From an uncultured Actinomycetota bacterium (lineage in GTDB: Bacteria > Actinomycetota > Actinomycetes > Propionibacteriales > Nocardioidaceae), in NCBI GenBank assembly GCA_963795105.1, contig CAWCGD010000001.1, forward strand, positions 917,097 to 981,096: a stretch of 64,000 nucleotides of DNA. The letters are read 5' to 3'. Under the pieces are notes generated by a model, which saw only the letters and a program-made list of their open reading frames with translations, was not told the DNA's origin and did not search any database. The stretch's first letter is position 1. Each line of letters starts with the position of its first letter. Shown here in pieces: positions 1-10,618 of this stretch. A program made the position numbers and the translations under genes.

Positions 1-868
<868 letters not shown>

Positions 869-872
<4 letters not shown>

Positions 873-2376
873 CGTCGACGCTTTCCGACCACTTCGAGGT
901 CGTCAATCCCGGAACCGGTGCGGTGGTCGGGACGCATCCCATCCACACGGCGAGCGACATCGCCGAGCGGCTGCGCGCTCGCCCGCGAGGTGCAGACCTG
1001 GTGGGTCGAGCAGGGGTGGACCAGTCGGAAGCAGGTCATGACGAAGTGGGTCCGCTGGCTCGCCGCCCGCTGCCGAGGAGATCTACGAACTCGGGCACCA
1101 GGAGACTGCACGACCGATCCCGGACGTCCAGATGGAGTTCATCGCCGGCCTGGAGGAGATCCGTTGGGCCGCGGCCAACGCACGCGCGGATCCTGAAGCC
1201 TCGCGCGGTCGCTCCCGGTCATCGCCTTCGCGAACTACGCCGCCCGCGTTGTCACACGAGCCGCTCGGCGTCGTCGGGCTGATCACGCCGTGGAACGTGC
1301 CCGATCTACACGGTGCTCAGCGGTATGGCGTGCTCGCTTGCGGCCGGCAACGCCGTGATCGTCAAGCCGAGCGAGCTCAGCCCCGGCGTCGCAACGTTCG
1401 TCATCGACGGCTTCCACGATGCCAATCCCGACGTCCCGCGCGGTCTGGTCAGCCACGTGCACCGGGCTCGCCGACACCGGCGCCGCCCTCTGCCGCTCCG
1501 GCGTCGACAAGCTCGCCTTCACCGGGTCGGTGCCCACCGGACGGCGGGTCATGGCGACCTGTGCCGAGAACCTCACGCCGGTCGTGCTGGAGCTCGGCGG
1601 CAAGGATGCCGACGGTCGTCGCCGAGGACGCCGATCTCGACGCAGCCGCGCGGCCGTCGTGTGGGGCGCGTTCTTCAACGCCGGCCAGGCGTGCGTCGGT
1701 GTCGAGCGGGTGTACGTCGTGCGCGCAGGTCCGGGACGCCTTCCTGGATCACGTGAAGCGATACGCCGAGCAGGTCACCGTCGGGTTGCAGGACGACGCA
1801 AGCTACGGACCGATGATCACGCCCGGACAGGTCGACATCGTGCGCCGCCATATCGCCGCGGCGCTCGACGGCGGTGCGCACAGCGCTCGTCGGCGGCCCA
1901 GAGTCCGTGCGCCCACCCTTCATCGACCCAGTCGTGCTCGTCGACGTGCCGGAGAACAACCCGGCCGTAGCGCGAGGAGACCTTCGGCCCGACGCTCGTG
2001 GTCAACACCGCTGAGGACGTGGACGACGCGATCCGGCGGGCCAACGGCACGTCGTTCGGCCTCGGCGTCGTCGGTGTTCTCGGCACGACGCGGCGACGAG
2101 ATCGCAGGCAAGCTGCGCGCCGGCGGCGTCACGATCAACGCCGTGCTGTCGTTCGTCGGCATGCCGTCGGTCCCGTTCGGCGGAGTCGGTGACTCAGGAT
2201 TCGGCCGTTTCCACGGTGCGGCCGGACTGCGTGAGTTCACCTACGCCAAGAGCACAGTGCGTAAGCGGTTCAACATCCCCGGTCCCGAGGTGCAGTCGTT
2301 CCCGCGCACGCCCGACCAGTACGACGCGGTGCGCACCATGATCCGAGTGCGCTACGAGCGCAGGTTCCGCGCTTAG
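869..2376 (+). CDS. Aldehyde dehydrogenase family protein, several apparent frameshifts
   Basis: Motifs spread over frames: GVVGLITPWN, LAAGNAVIVKPSE, AFTGSVPTG, LELGGKD, FFNAGQACV, EETFGP, PFGGVGDSGFGR. Confidence 0.85.
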
Positions 2377-4022
2377 TTGCCTGAGGAGATCTTGAGCTGC
2401 TGGTCGCGATCGGCAACCTTGACCCGAGGCCGGCCGGCGTCCTTGCCCGACGCGCGTTCGTGCTCGTCGAGCCGCGTCCAGCTCGCCAGGTCAACGATCG
2501 CAACGCCGCGCTCGGTGAGCAGCGCGTCGAACGTCGAATCGTCTCCCACCTTCTCCGTCAGGCGGCCGTCAACGTAGTCGTTGAGGATCGCAGCCGTGGT
2601 CTCAACGGCACACGCCCGGTTTGTCCCGATGACGCCGGTGGCTCCGCGCTTGGCCCAACCGGCGACGTAGGTGTGCGAAACGACCGCGCCCGACTCAGGA
2701 TCCGTCACTCGTCCGCCGGTGTGCGCGAACCGACCGGCTACCTGATCGAACGGGACCCCGGCAGCGGGCACTGAGCGGTAGCCGGTGGCACGCAGCACGA
2801 GCCCGGTGGGAAGCGCCTCCGTATCGCCGTCGCCAGCGGTCCGGGACAGCGCCAGAGATTCCACCTGGCCGTCACCCAGGATCTCCTGCGGAGTGAGCCC
2901 GAAGCGCAAAACCAACCGCTTCGGACCACCGTTGGGCCCCTCGGCTGCGCGACGCAGCAGCGCCGCCTTCTGCCGGGCGGCAAACGTCGCAGCGGTTCGC
3001 TCGTCGGGGCCGGCCGTCGGCAACGACGCCAAATCATCCGGCTCGACCACCACGTTGATGTCCGGATGATTGACCAGGGCCAGCAGCTCGGCCGAGGTGA
3101 AGGCCGCGTGCTCCGGGCCGCGACGGCCCACAACGACGACTTCCTCAATGGCCGACTTCGCGAGTGCGTCGACGGCGTGCGAAACCATGTCGGAAGAAGC
3201 GGTCAGTACGTCCGGGCCCACCAGCAGCAGACGGGCAACATCGAGCGCGACGTTGCCATTGCCAATGATCACGGCTCGCTCGTGCTCCAGCGGCGGATCG
3301 AGGTCGACCCAATCGGGATGCCCGTTGTACCAGTTGACGAAGTCGGCGGCCGCGTTGCTGCCGCGTACGTCCTCGCCCGGGATGCCCAACGTCCTGCCCT
3401 CCGAAGCGCCGGTCGCGTAAACGACGCAGTGGTGGTGTTGGAGCAGCTCGTCATGCGTCACGTCACGGCCAACCTCGACGTTGAGCCGCAGGCTGATCGG
3501 CTTGCGCCGGGTGAAGTCCTCGAACATCGCCGTCACCTGCTTGGTGTCGAGATGATCGGGAGCCACGCCATGGCGGACGAGGCCGTGCGGAGTCGCCAGC
3601 CGGTCGATCAGTGTCACTTCCACCGTGGCGCGCCGACTGCCGGCCAACTCGTCGGCGACGAACCACCCGGCCGGTCCTGTGCCGACGACGGCGACACGCA
3701 GCGGCTCGGCCTGATCCTCCGCGCGCGCACCGCCCGATGAGTGCGCCATCGGCGCCGGTATGTCGCCAACCCACGCGAAGTAGTCAGCGTTGATCTGCGT
3801 GTACTCACTGAGATGGTCGGGCACTTCGAGATCGGCGTGGACCGCCCCAACCGGGCACGCGTCCACACATGCGCCGCAGTCGATGCACTCGTCCGGATGG
3901 ATGTAGAGCATCTCGGCCGTGGCGAACTCAGGCTCGTCGGGCGCCGGGTGAATGCAGTCGACCGGGCAGACGTCGACGCACGACGCATCGTTACAGCACG
4001 ACTGGGTGATGACGTATGTCAC
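2373..4022 (-). CDS. fprB: Ferredoxin--NADP(+) reductase with N-terminal 4Fe-4S ferredoxin domain (FprB type)
   Basis: N-terminus VITQSCCNDASC..CPVDCIHP..CIDCGACVDACPV; adrenodoxin-reductase motifs VVGTGPAG, IIGNGNVALDVAR, GWAKRGATGVIGTN. Confidence 0.9.
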   Translation of the reverse strand: MTYVITQSCCNDASCVDVCPVDCIHPAPDEPEFATAEMLYIHPDECIDCGACVDACPVGAVHADLEVPDHLSEYTQINADYFAWVGDIPAPMAHSSGGARAEDQAEPLRVAVVGTGPAGWFVADELAGSRRATVEVTLIDRLATPHGLVRHGVAPDHLDTKQVTAMFEDFTRRKPISLRLNVEVGRDVTHDELLQHHHCVVYATGASEGRTLGIPGEDVRGSNAAADFVNWYNGHPDWVDLDPPLEHERAVIIGNGNVALDVARLLLVGPDVLTASSDMVSHAVDALAKSAIEEVVVVGRRGPEHAAFTSAELLALVNHPDINVVVEPDDLASLPTAGPDERTAATFAARQKAALLRRAAEGPNGGPKRLVLRFGLTPQEILGDGQVESLALSRTAGDGDTEALPTGLVLRATGYRSVPAAGVPFDQVAGRFAHTGGRVTDPESGAVVSHTYVAGWAKRGATGVIGTNRACAVETTAAILNDYVDGRLTEKVGDDSTFDALLTERGVAIVDLASWTRLDEHERASGKDAGRPRVKVADRDQQLKISSGN

Positions 4023-4028
4023 CGGGCA

Positions 4029-4445
4029 TCAACCTTGCTTGCGGCGGGCCTTGGCGACGGTCTCTTCCACAATGGAGTTGAGCCGTGCGCCCTGTGGCCA
4101 GCCAGCATAATGACTCAGGAACACAACGATCTCCCGGAGGGCCTCGTCATCGAGTTCGCCAGCCGCGTGCGCCGCCGGGATCTGGAGCCCGAGGACGTCC
4201 GCAGCGCCCTGACCAGCCAACATGCCGATCAGAAGCAGTCGTCGGTCCCGATCGGACAAGCCGGGCCGGTTCCAGATGTCGGCGAACAGGTGGTCAGCGG
4301 TGTATCGGAAGAAGTCGCCGTCGCCGTCCGTCATGTCGAAGCCGTAGACCTCCTCCATCTTGCGGAGGCCGCGAGCCCGCAGCTCAGGGAGGTCTGCGAA
4401 CCTGTCCTGCCCCCCGCCGTCAGCACTGTCGACGCCGTCAGTCAT
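4029..4445 (-). CDS. Carboxymuconolactone decarboxylase family protein (Rv0771-like)
   Basis: RARGLRKMEEVYG..DHLFADIWNRPGLSDRDRRL..FLSHYAGWPQG; ATG at 4445 overlaps the upstream stop. Confidence 0.85.
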   Translation of the reverse strand: MTDGVDSADGGGQDRFADLPELRARGLRKMEEVYGFDMTDGDGDFFRYTADHLFADIWNRPGLSDRDRRLLLIGMLAGQGAADVLGLQIPAAHAAGELDDEALREIVVFLSHYAGWPQGARLNSIVEETVAKARRKQG

Positions 4446-5322
4446 CGTGAGCTCCTTGCAGGCCGAGGCCGGGGCCGAGCTGATCGAGCGCCAGCCGGGA
4501 CAGCGGCACGTCGACCTCGAGCCGCTCGGCCAATTCAATCGCGAAGGCGAGGTCCTTCTCGCCCAGGACACGAACGTGTTCGAAGATGCCGAGCCAGAAG
4601 TCACCGTCTTCGATTGGCGCGGTGGTGTCGCGGTGCATGATCGCGCCCGGCCCACCGGTGATCGCGTCGGTGTGCCGCACGACCTCGCCGAGTGCCACCA
4701 GATCGAGATCAGCAGCCTCGGCCAGCCGAGCAGCCTCGGTTGCGGCGGTGAACGAGACGAAGTGCAGCAGGTTGCGCGCCAGCTTGAACTGCGTGCCATG
4801 GCCGAGCGGTCCGGCGTGCACGAGCTTCGAGCCCATGACCGAGAGCACCGGCTTGACCGCTTCGAAGCCGTCAGGCGTGGCGCCGACCATGATCGCCAAT
4901 GAGCCGTCGGCGGCACCCATGGATCCGCCCGACACCGGCGCGTCGACGATCTCGATGGCGAACGGGCACTTGGTGGCCACGTCGGCTTCGAGCTCGACCG
5001 GCGTGGACGGCGAGACGGTGGAGTGGACGACAAAGGGCACCGGCACGAGGGTGTCGCGCGGCTTGAGGTCGGCCAGCACCTCCGCCAACACTGAACGCAC
5101 TTGGTCGTCGTCGCGCACCATGACGCAGATGACGTCGGCCCAGTTGGCCATGGCCGCGACCGACTCCGCCGCGGCGGCGCCGGCGTCGATGAGCTCCTTC
5201 ACCGGCTCGTCGGCCACGTCGAAGACCTGCAACTCGATGTCGCTGCTGGCTGCGAGACGCAGCGCCATCGGCTTGCCGATGTTGCCAAGCCCGACGAAGC
5301 CGACGCGAGTCTGGATGCTCAT
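4438..5322 (-). CDS. NAD(P)-dependent oxidoreductase, 3-hydroxyisobutyrate dehydrogenase family (Rv0770-like)
   Basis: VGFVGLGNIGKPMA, VDAPVSGG, G.GTQFKLARN; ATG at 5322. Confidence 0.9.
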   Translation of the reverse strand: MSIQTRVGFVGLGNIGKPMALRLAASSDIELQVFDVADEPVKELIDAGAAAAESVAAMANWADVICVMVRDDDQVRSVLAEVLADLKPRDTLVPVPFVVHSTVSPSTPVELEADVATKCPFAIEIVDAPVSGGSMGAADGSLAIMVGATPDGFEAVKPVLSVMGSKLVHAGPLGHGTQFKLARNLLHFVSFTAATEAARLAEAADLDLVALGEVVRHTDAITGGPGAIMHRDTTAPIEDGDFWLGIFEHVRVLGEKDLAFAIELAERLEVDVPLSRLALDQLGPGLGLQGAHDD

Positions 5323-6065
5323 GATCGGAACGTCTGCCCACCGTCGACCGCGAGGATCTGGCCGGTGACCCACGCCGATTCGTCGGAGAGCAGGAAGACC
5401 GCAGCCCCGACCATGTCCTGCGGCTGACCGAGTCGCTTCAACGCGAGGCCCTTGACCATCTCTTTCGCGACGTCGCCGGCCTGCGTGCGGGTGGCCTCAG
5501 TGTCCGTCGGCCCGGGTGCGATCGCGTTGACTCGGATGTTCATGCCGCCGAGCTCGTGCGCGAGCTGCTGGGTGAGTCCATTGATCCCGACCTTCGCCAG
5601 CCCATAGAAGCCCGAGTAGAGGTACGCCGCCGTGCTCGACTGGTTGATGATCGAGCCACCGCCACGCTTCTGCATCGACGGGAAGACTGCCCGGGTCATG
5701 ATGAGGGCGCCGTCCATGTTGACACCCATGAATTTGCGGTAGTAGTCCCAGTCGACCGTGATCAGTAGGTCGAACTGCATCGCGCCATAGATGGCAGCGT
5801 TGTTGAGCAAGCCGTCGATGCCGCCCCACTCGCCCTCGACAGTCGCGACGAGCGCCTCAGCCGACTCGCTTGAGGACACATCGCACCCGACGAACATGGC
5901 CGAACCGCCGTCGGCTTGAATCTGCTTGGCGACCTGTTCGCCCAACTCCTGGTTGAGGTCGGCAACAACGACCTGGGCGCCCTCGGCCGCGAGTCCCTTG
6001 GCGTACGCCTCGCCGATGCCTTGGGCGGCGCCAGTGACGACGATGACTCTGTCCTGCAATCGCAT
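5319..6065 (-). CDS. SDR family oxidoreductase (Rv0769-like)
   Basis: VTGAAQGIG, LLNNAA, NQSS, YGLAK catalytic motif, IRVNAIAPG; ATG at 6065. Confidence 0.9.
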   Translation of the reverse strand: MRLQDRVIVVTGAAQGIGEAYAKGLAAEGAQVVVADLNQELGEQVAKQIQADGGSAMFVGCDVSSSESAEALVATVEGEWGGIDGLLNNAAIYGAMQFDLLITVDWDYYRKFMGVNMDGALIMTRAVFPSMQKRGGGSIINQSSTAAYLYSGFYGLAKVGINGLTQQLAHELGGMNIRVNAIAPGPTDTEATRTQAGDVAKEMVKGLALKRLGQPQDMVGAAVFLLSDESAWVTGQILAVDGGQTFRS

Positions 6066-6079
6066 GTCTCTTCCCACTC

Positions 6080-7564
6080 TCAGACGGGTTCGGCGATGGT
6101 CTTGATCTCGAGGTACTCCTCGAATCCGGCAACGCCCATTTCGCGACCCACACCGGACTGCTTGTAGCCGCCGAACGGTGAGTCGGCACCAAACCACTGG
6201 CCGCCGTTGACGCCGATGGTCCCCGTTCGGATGCGGCGAGCCACCGACTTGGCCCGCTCCAGATCGCCCGACTCAACGGAGCCGGACAGGCCGTAGGGCG
6301 ACTCGTTGGCGATGCGGACGGCATCGTCGTCTCCGTCGTGCGCGATGACCGTGAGCACGGGGCCGAAGATCTCCTCCTGCGCGACGCGTGCCGTGTTGTC
6401 GAGCCCGGCGACGACCGTCGGCTCGATCCAGAAGCCGCCGGCGAGTTCGCCGTCCGGCTCAGCCACCCTTCCTCCGGTGGCGAACCGTCCGCCCTCCTCC
6501 GCGGCGAGCTTCAGGTAACCGACGACGCGGTCACGCTGGGTGGCTGAGATGACCGGTCCACAGACGGTCCCGGGGTCTGCCGGATCCTGCGCCCCGAGGG
6601 AGGCCATCGTGGCCGCGGCAAGGTCGACGGCTTCGTCGTACCGCTCCCGCGGCACGAGTAGGCGCGTCGTGAGCGCGCAGCCCTGGCCAGCGTGGACGCT
6701 GACGGCGAACGCCGCCGTGCCCACTGCGGACGCCAAGTCGGCGTCATCGAGCACAATTGCGGCGGACTTGCCGCCAAGCTCCAGGAAGACTTTCTTCAAG
6801 GTCGGTGCGGCGGCCGCCGCAATGGCGCGACCGGTGGCGGTAGAACCGGTGAAGGACACAAGGTCGACGCGAGGGTCGGTCGTCAGCAGCCCAGCCACGG
6901 CGTTGTCCTGCGGGGTCACCACGTTGAAGACCCCGGGTGGGGCGTCTGTGCATTCGGCGAACAGACGTCCTAGCTCAGCCGCCAGCCACGGGGTGTCAGG
7001 CGCTGGTTTCAGGACAACTGTGTTGCCGGCGGCCAGGGCGGGCGCGACCTTGGACAAGTTGATCTGGTTGGGGAAGTTCCAGGGAGTGATGGCGGCGACG
7101 ACGCCCACCGCCTCGCGACGAACGGTCCGGCGCGACTCGATGCCCATGGTCATGCCGATGCCGAGATCGGTCTCCCACACGTAGGACTCTGCCAACCCGA
7201 TCGTCCATTCCACGGTCTCCACCGGCATGTCGAACTGTGGACCGGCAATCAGGAAGGCCGGCGCTCCGACCTCGGCGATGGTCAATTCACGCAGTTGGTC
7301 TGCATTGTCGAGCAAGGCCCCATGGAACTGGCGCAGGACCTGGAGCCGCAACGGCAGATTGGTCGACCAGTCGGTTTCGTCGAACGCCCGGCGAGCCGCC
7401 GCGATCGCGTCATTGACGTCGTCGGCGGTGCTGTTCGGGGCGTGCCCAATAACCGCACCGGTGGCGGGGTTGAGGATTTCGAAGGTGCAGCCGTCGCTCG
7501 CGCCGGACAGCTTGCCGTTCACGTACTGCTGCGGGGCCGGGCTGGTCGGAAATCGGTTGCTCAT
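6080..7564 (-). CDS. aldA: Aldehyde dehydrogenase (Rv0768/AldA-like)
   Basis: ITPWNFP, FTGSTATG, LELGGKS, GQGC, EEIFGP, PFGGYKQSG; position in the CYP51-type cluster. Confidence 0.9.
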   Translation of the reverse strand: MSNRFPTSPAPQQYVNGKLSGASDGCTFEILNPATGAVIGHAPNSTADDVNDAIAAARRAFDETDWSTNLPLRLQVLRQFHGALLDNADQLRELTIAEVGAPAFLIAGPQFDMPVETVEWTIGLAESYVWETDLGIGMTMGIESRRTVRREAVGVVAAITPWNFPNQINLSKVAPALAAGNTVVLKPAPDTPWLAAELGRLFAECTDAPPGVFNVVTPQDNAVAGLLTTDPRVDLVSFTGSTATGRAIAAAAAPTLKKVFLELGGKSAAIVLDDADLASAVGTAAFAVSVHAGQGCALTTRLLVPRERYDEAVDLAAATMASLGAQDPADPGTVCGPVISATQRDRVVGYLKLAAEEGGRFATGGRVAEPDGELAGGFWIEPTVVAGLDNTARVAQEEIFGPVLTVIAHDGDDDAVRIANESPYGLSGSVESGDLERAKSVARRIRTGTIGVNGGQWFGADSPFGGYKQSGVGREMGVAGFEEYLEIKTIAEPV

Positions 7565-8220
7565 GAGGTGACTTTCGTGGTCGATGCTGGCTCTTGGGTG
7601 ACGTAGTCGCCGCGCTCGACCGGTGGAGGCCAGACGGTCGAGGGGATGTCCTTGTGGTGGTAGTGGCCGGGCACGCCGTGGCCGGCCACCGACATGCGCT
7701 TGAGCAGCGTGTCGGGCGCCTTGCCGGCGGTGACGATCTCCAGGAACGTGTGGGCGGTCGAGGGCATGTCGAACCAGTCGCGCTGCCAGTCGATCTTGAT
7801 CTGGCCGGCGTCAGGGCCGTCCGAGACCCGCTTGACGCCGAACCAGGAGCCGCCGAGTCCCAAGATCTCGTACTCCTTGCCGCCGTCGTCGAGAATGCCG
7901 GAGCGCTGCTTCCAGAAACCGACGATCATCGCCTTCTGCTCGTCGATGACGGTGCAGACGTAGTCGTAGTGCCAGCCGTCCAGGCCATCCATCTCGATGC
8001 CGATCGCCCAGTCCCGGATCTGGTCACGGCCAACGGCCATGAAGTGCTCGTCCGGTGCGTACATCCAGCCGTAGGTCGCGTCGTCGGCGTACCAGTCGGC
8101 CATCGGACGCCAGTCGCCTGTCACCTCGACCTTGCGGTTGATGTCGAGCCAGGAGTCCCAGAACTCCTCGATCTCGGCGCGAGTCAACTGGCCCGCGGTC
8201 GTTGAGCTTGTCGAAACCAT
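7561..8220 (-). CDS. NTF2/SnoaL-like conserved protein (Rv0762c-like)
   Basis: W..MADWYADDATYGW..EMDGLDGWHY..IDEQK..GFWKQ..GGSWF..WQRDWFD closely recalls Rv0762c; adjacent to the ferredoxin. Confidence 0.8.
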   Translation of the reverse strand: MVSTSSTTAGQLTRAEIEEFWDSWLDINRKVEVTGDWRPMADWYADDATYGWMYAPDEHFMAVGRDQIRDWAIGIEMDGLDGWHYDYVCTVIDEQKAMIVGFWKQRSGILDDGGKEYEILGLGGSWFGVKRVSDGPDAGQIKIDWQRDWFDMPSTAHTFLEIVTAGKAPDTLLKRMSVAGHGVPGHYHHKDIPSTVWPPPVERGDYVTQEPASTTKVTS

Positions 8221-8221
8221 T

Positions 8222-8425
8222 TCAGTCCTCTTCGATCGAAAGGGCGAATGCCGGGCAGTACTTCACGGCTTGAGTCACCTCGGGGCGCAGCGACTCGTCG
8301 GGGAACTCGTCCAAGACGGTCACAACGTCGGTGCCGTCGTCGAACCCGAACACGGTCGGTGCCTCGCCTTGACACAGCTGGTGACCTTGGCAAACGTCGG
8401 TGTCGGCGACCACCCGGAAGCCCAT
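8222..8425 (-). CDS. fdx: Ferredoxin, CxxHxxC (3Fe-4S) type (Rv0763c-like)
   Basis: CQGHQLCQGEAP..CP; translationally coupled to cyp51. Confidence 0.9.
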   Translation of the reverse strand: MGFRVVADTDVCQGHQLCQGEAPTVFGFDDGTDVVTVLDEFPDESLRPEVTQAVKYCPAFALSIEED

Positions 8426-9840
8426 CAGGATCGCTCCAAAGAACGACGCCGATAGCGGACCTTCGCCGGCTGCGCGAGCTGGATCACCATCTTGCTGAAG
8501 TCGTCACGATACGAATCGAGCGGCTGGACCGGCTCGAACTCGAAGTCGCGGAGGATGACCGAGAAAATCGCCTTCATCTGCATCATCGCGAAGGCGTTAC
8601 CCACGCAGCGGTGTTTGCCGGCGCCGAACGGGATCCAGGTCCAGCGGTTCTGCAGATCCTCTTGACGCGGGTCGATGTAGCGGCTGGGGTCGAACTCGTC
8701 AGCCTTCGGGAAGTCATCCTCGATCCGGTTCGACACCCGTGGCGACGCCGCAATCAGGGCGCCGGCCGGGATCGTATGGCCGAGCAGTTCGAAGTCCTCG
8801 CGCACGAGGCGCATGAGAATGATCAGCGGTGGGTGCAACCGCAGGGTTTCCTTCAACGCAGACTCGAGCACCGGAATAGACCGCAGCGCCTGGAATGAAA
8901 CCTCCGAGGCAGTGCCATCGGCGTCGGGGGCATACAGCTCGTCGAGCTCCCGGACAACGTCTGCCATGACGTCGGGGTGGCGGAGAAGCTCGATCATCGC
9001 CCACGACGCGGTGCCCGAAGAGGTGTGGTGGCCAGCGAACATCATCGAGATGAAGATGCCGGTGACTGTGTCGGCGTCCATGTCGATGCTGATCAGCACA
9101 TCGAGCAGGTCACGGTCCTCGCGGGCGACACCGTGCCCACTGGCCTCGGCGCGCTCCTTGCGGGCGTTGATGATCGCCTGGACCCTGGCCACAAGCTGCT
9201 CGCGCGCTTCGTCGCGCAGCCGGAAGCTCTCGATGTCGGCGTACGGATCGACGTACGCGATCGCGTCGGTGCCGTGCTCGAGCTGGTGGTAGATCTCGGC
9301 GAACGAGTTATCCAGCTGCTCACGGAATGGCCGGCCGATCAGGCACGACGACGTCGTGTAGATCGTCAACTCGGCGAAGAAGTCGAGCAAGTCGATCTCG
9401 CCTTCGTCGCCCCAGCCGGCCACCATGCGACGGATCTCGTTCTCAATGGTCTGCGCATGGCCGCGCATCATGTCGCCACGCAGAGCCTGGTTCTTCAGCA
9501 TCTGCTGGCGCTCTTCCGGCGATGCGTCGAAGACGACCCCCTTTCCAAAGATGGGTGTCATGAACGGGTAGGCGGCGGCCTGGTCCAATACCTCGTCCGG
9601 GGCGCGGAAGAACGCCTCGTTCGCTTCAGATCCGGTGACCAGCACGACGTTCTTGTCGGCGATGCGGAATCGGCCGATGTCTCCGCACTCCTCCCGCACC
9701 CGATGGAAAAGGGATATCGGGTCGACCCGCATCTCCGGCAGGTGACCGGTACCACGGATGATCTCCGGCACGGACGGGTCCTGATCGTCCAGAGTCATCG
9801 ACACCGCGGGGATGCTGGCGAGTCGCTGCTCAAGGCTCAT
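8425..9840 (-). CDS. cyp51: Cytochrome P450 CYP51 (sterol 14-alpha-demethylase family)
   Basis: AYPFMTPIFG, FISMMFAGHHTSS, KETLRLHPP, WIPFGAGKHRCVG; the order and wording match the M. tuberculosis CYP51 sequence as recalled; ATG at 9840. Confidence 0.93.
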   Translation of the reverse strand: MSLEQRLASIPAVSMTLDDQDPSVPEIIRGTGHLPEMRVDPISLFHRVREECGDIGRFRIADKNVVLVTGSEANEAFFRAPDEVLDQAAAYPFMTPIFGKGVVFDASPEERQQMLKNQALRGDMMRGHAQTIENEIRRMVAGWGDEGEIDLLDFFAELTIYTTSSCLIGRPFREQLDNSFAEIYHQLEHGTDAIAYVDPYADIESFRLRDEAREQLVARVQAIINARKERAEASGHGVAREDRDLLDVLISIDMDADTVTGIFISMMFAGHHTSSGTASWAMIELLRHPDVMADVVRELDELYAPDADGTASEVSFQALRSIPVLESALKETLRLHPPLIILMRLVREDFELLGHTIPAGALIAASPRVSNRIEDDFPKADEFDPSRYIDPRQEDLQNRWTWIPFGAGKHRCVGNAFAMMQMKAIFSVILRDFEFEPVQPLDSYRDDFSKMVIQLAQPAKVRYRRRSLERS

Positions 9841-10616
9841 GACTCGCCTCCGTGCACGGGCGCCTCGGGATTGACGTCGACCGAGCTCAGATGGACACCG
9901 CGCGGCGCATTGATGATCGTCGTGATGGCCTGGGCGATCGCCGACGCATTTAGGAAGTGGCCGTGCCGTGCCAAACCCCACTTGACCCATTGGTCGAGCA
10001 CGAAGGCGGCCTCATCGGCGCCCCAGTCCGAACCCATCTCGCTCCAGGTCGGCCCGGGCCGGACGATCGACGCTCGCACGCCGGTCTCCTCAAGTTCCAT
10101 CTGCAACGCGTGGACCATGCCCTCCAGGCCCCACTTGCCGGCGCTGTAGCCAGCCATGTGCGGACGCGGGCGGACGGCCACATCGGACGAGACAAAGACA
10201 ATGTCGCCGCGGCGACGCTCCACGAGGCCGGGCACGAACGTCCGCACCAGCCGGTGTGCACCGACCAGGTTGACGTTCAGCTCGTTGACGAAACGATCGG
10301 TGTCGATCTCGTGCAAGGTGCCGGGAGCGACGAGTCCGGCATTGGAGACGACGATTTCCGGATCGCCGAGGTCGGCGGTGACCTTGGCCCCGAAGTCGGC
10401 GACCGAATCCGAATCGGCCACGTCGAGTCGGTGGGCGACGGCCTCGCCACCGTCCGCCCGGATCGCCGCGGCAAGCTCCTCGCACACTTCGACGCGGCGG
10501 GCGCCCAGCGCCACCGGGAAACCCGCTGCAGCCAGGGCTTTCGCCGTTTCGGCGCCGATGCCGGACGAGGCGCCGGCAACGATCGCCGGCCGGCGGTCTG
10601 GATGCTGCGCGAACAC
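9837..10616 (-). CDS. SDR family oxidoreductase (Rv0765c-like)
   Basis: IVAGASSGIG, VSNAG, YSAGK; lies between the two P450 genes. Confidence 0.88.
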   Translation of the reverse strand: MFAQHPDRRPAIVAGASSGIGAETAKALAAAGFPVALGARRVEVCEELAAAIRADGGEAVAHRLDVADSDSVADFGAKVTADLGDPEIVVSNAGLVAPGTLHEIDTDRFVNELNVNLVGAHRLVRTFVPGLVERRRGDIVFVSSDVAVRPRPHMAGYSAGKWGLEGMVHALQMELEETGVRASIVRPGPTWSEMGSDWGADEAAFVLDQWVKWGLARHGHFLNASAIAQAITTIINAPRGVHLSSVDVNPEAPVHGGES

Positions 10617-10618
10617 CT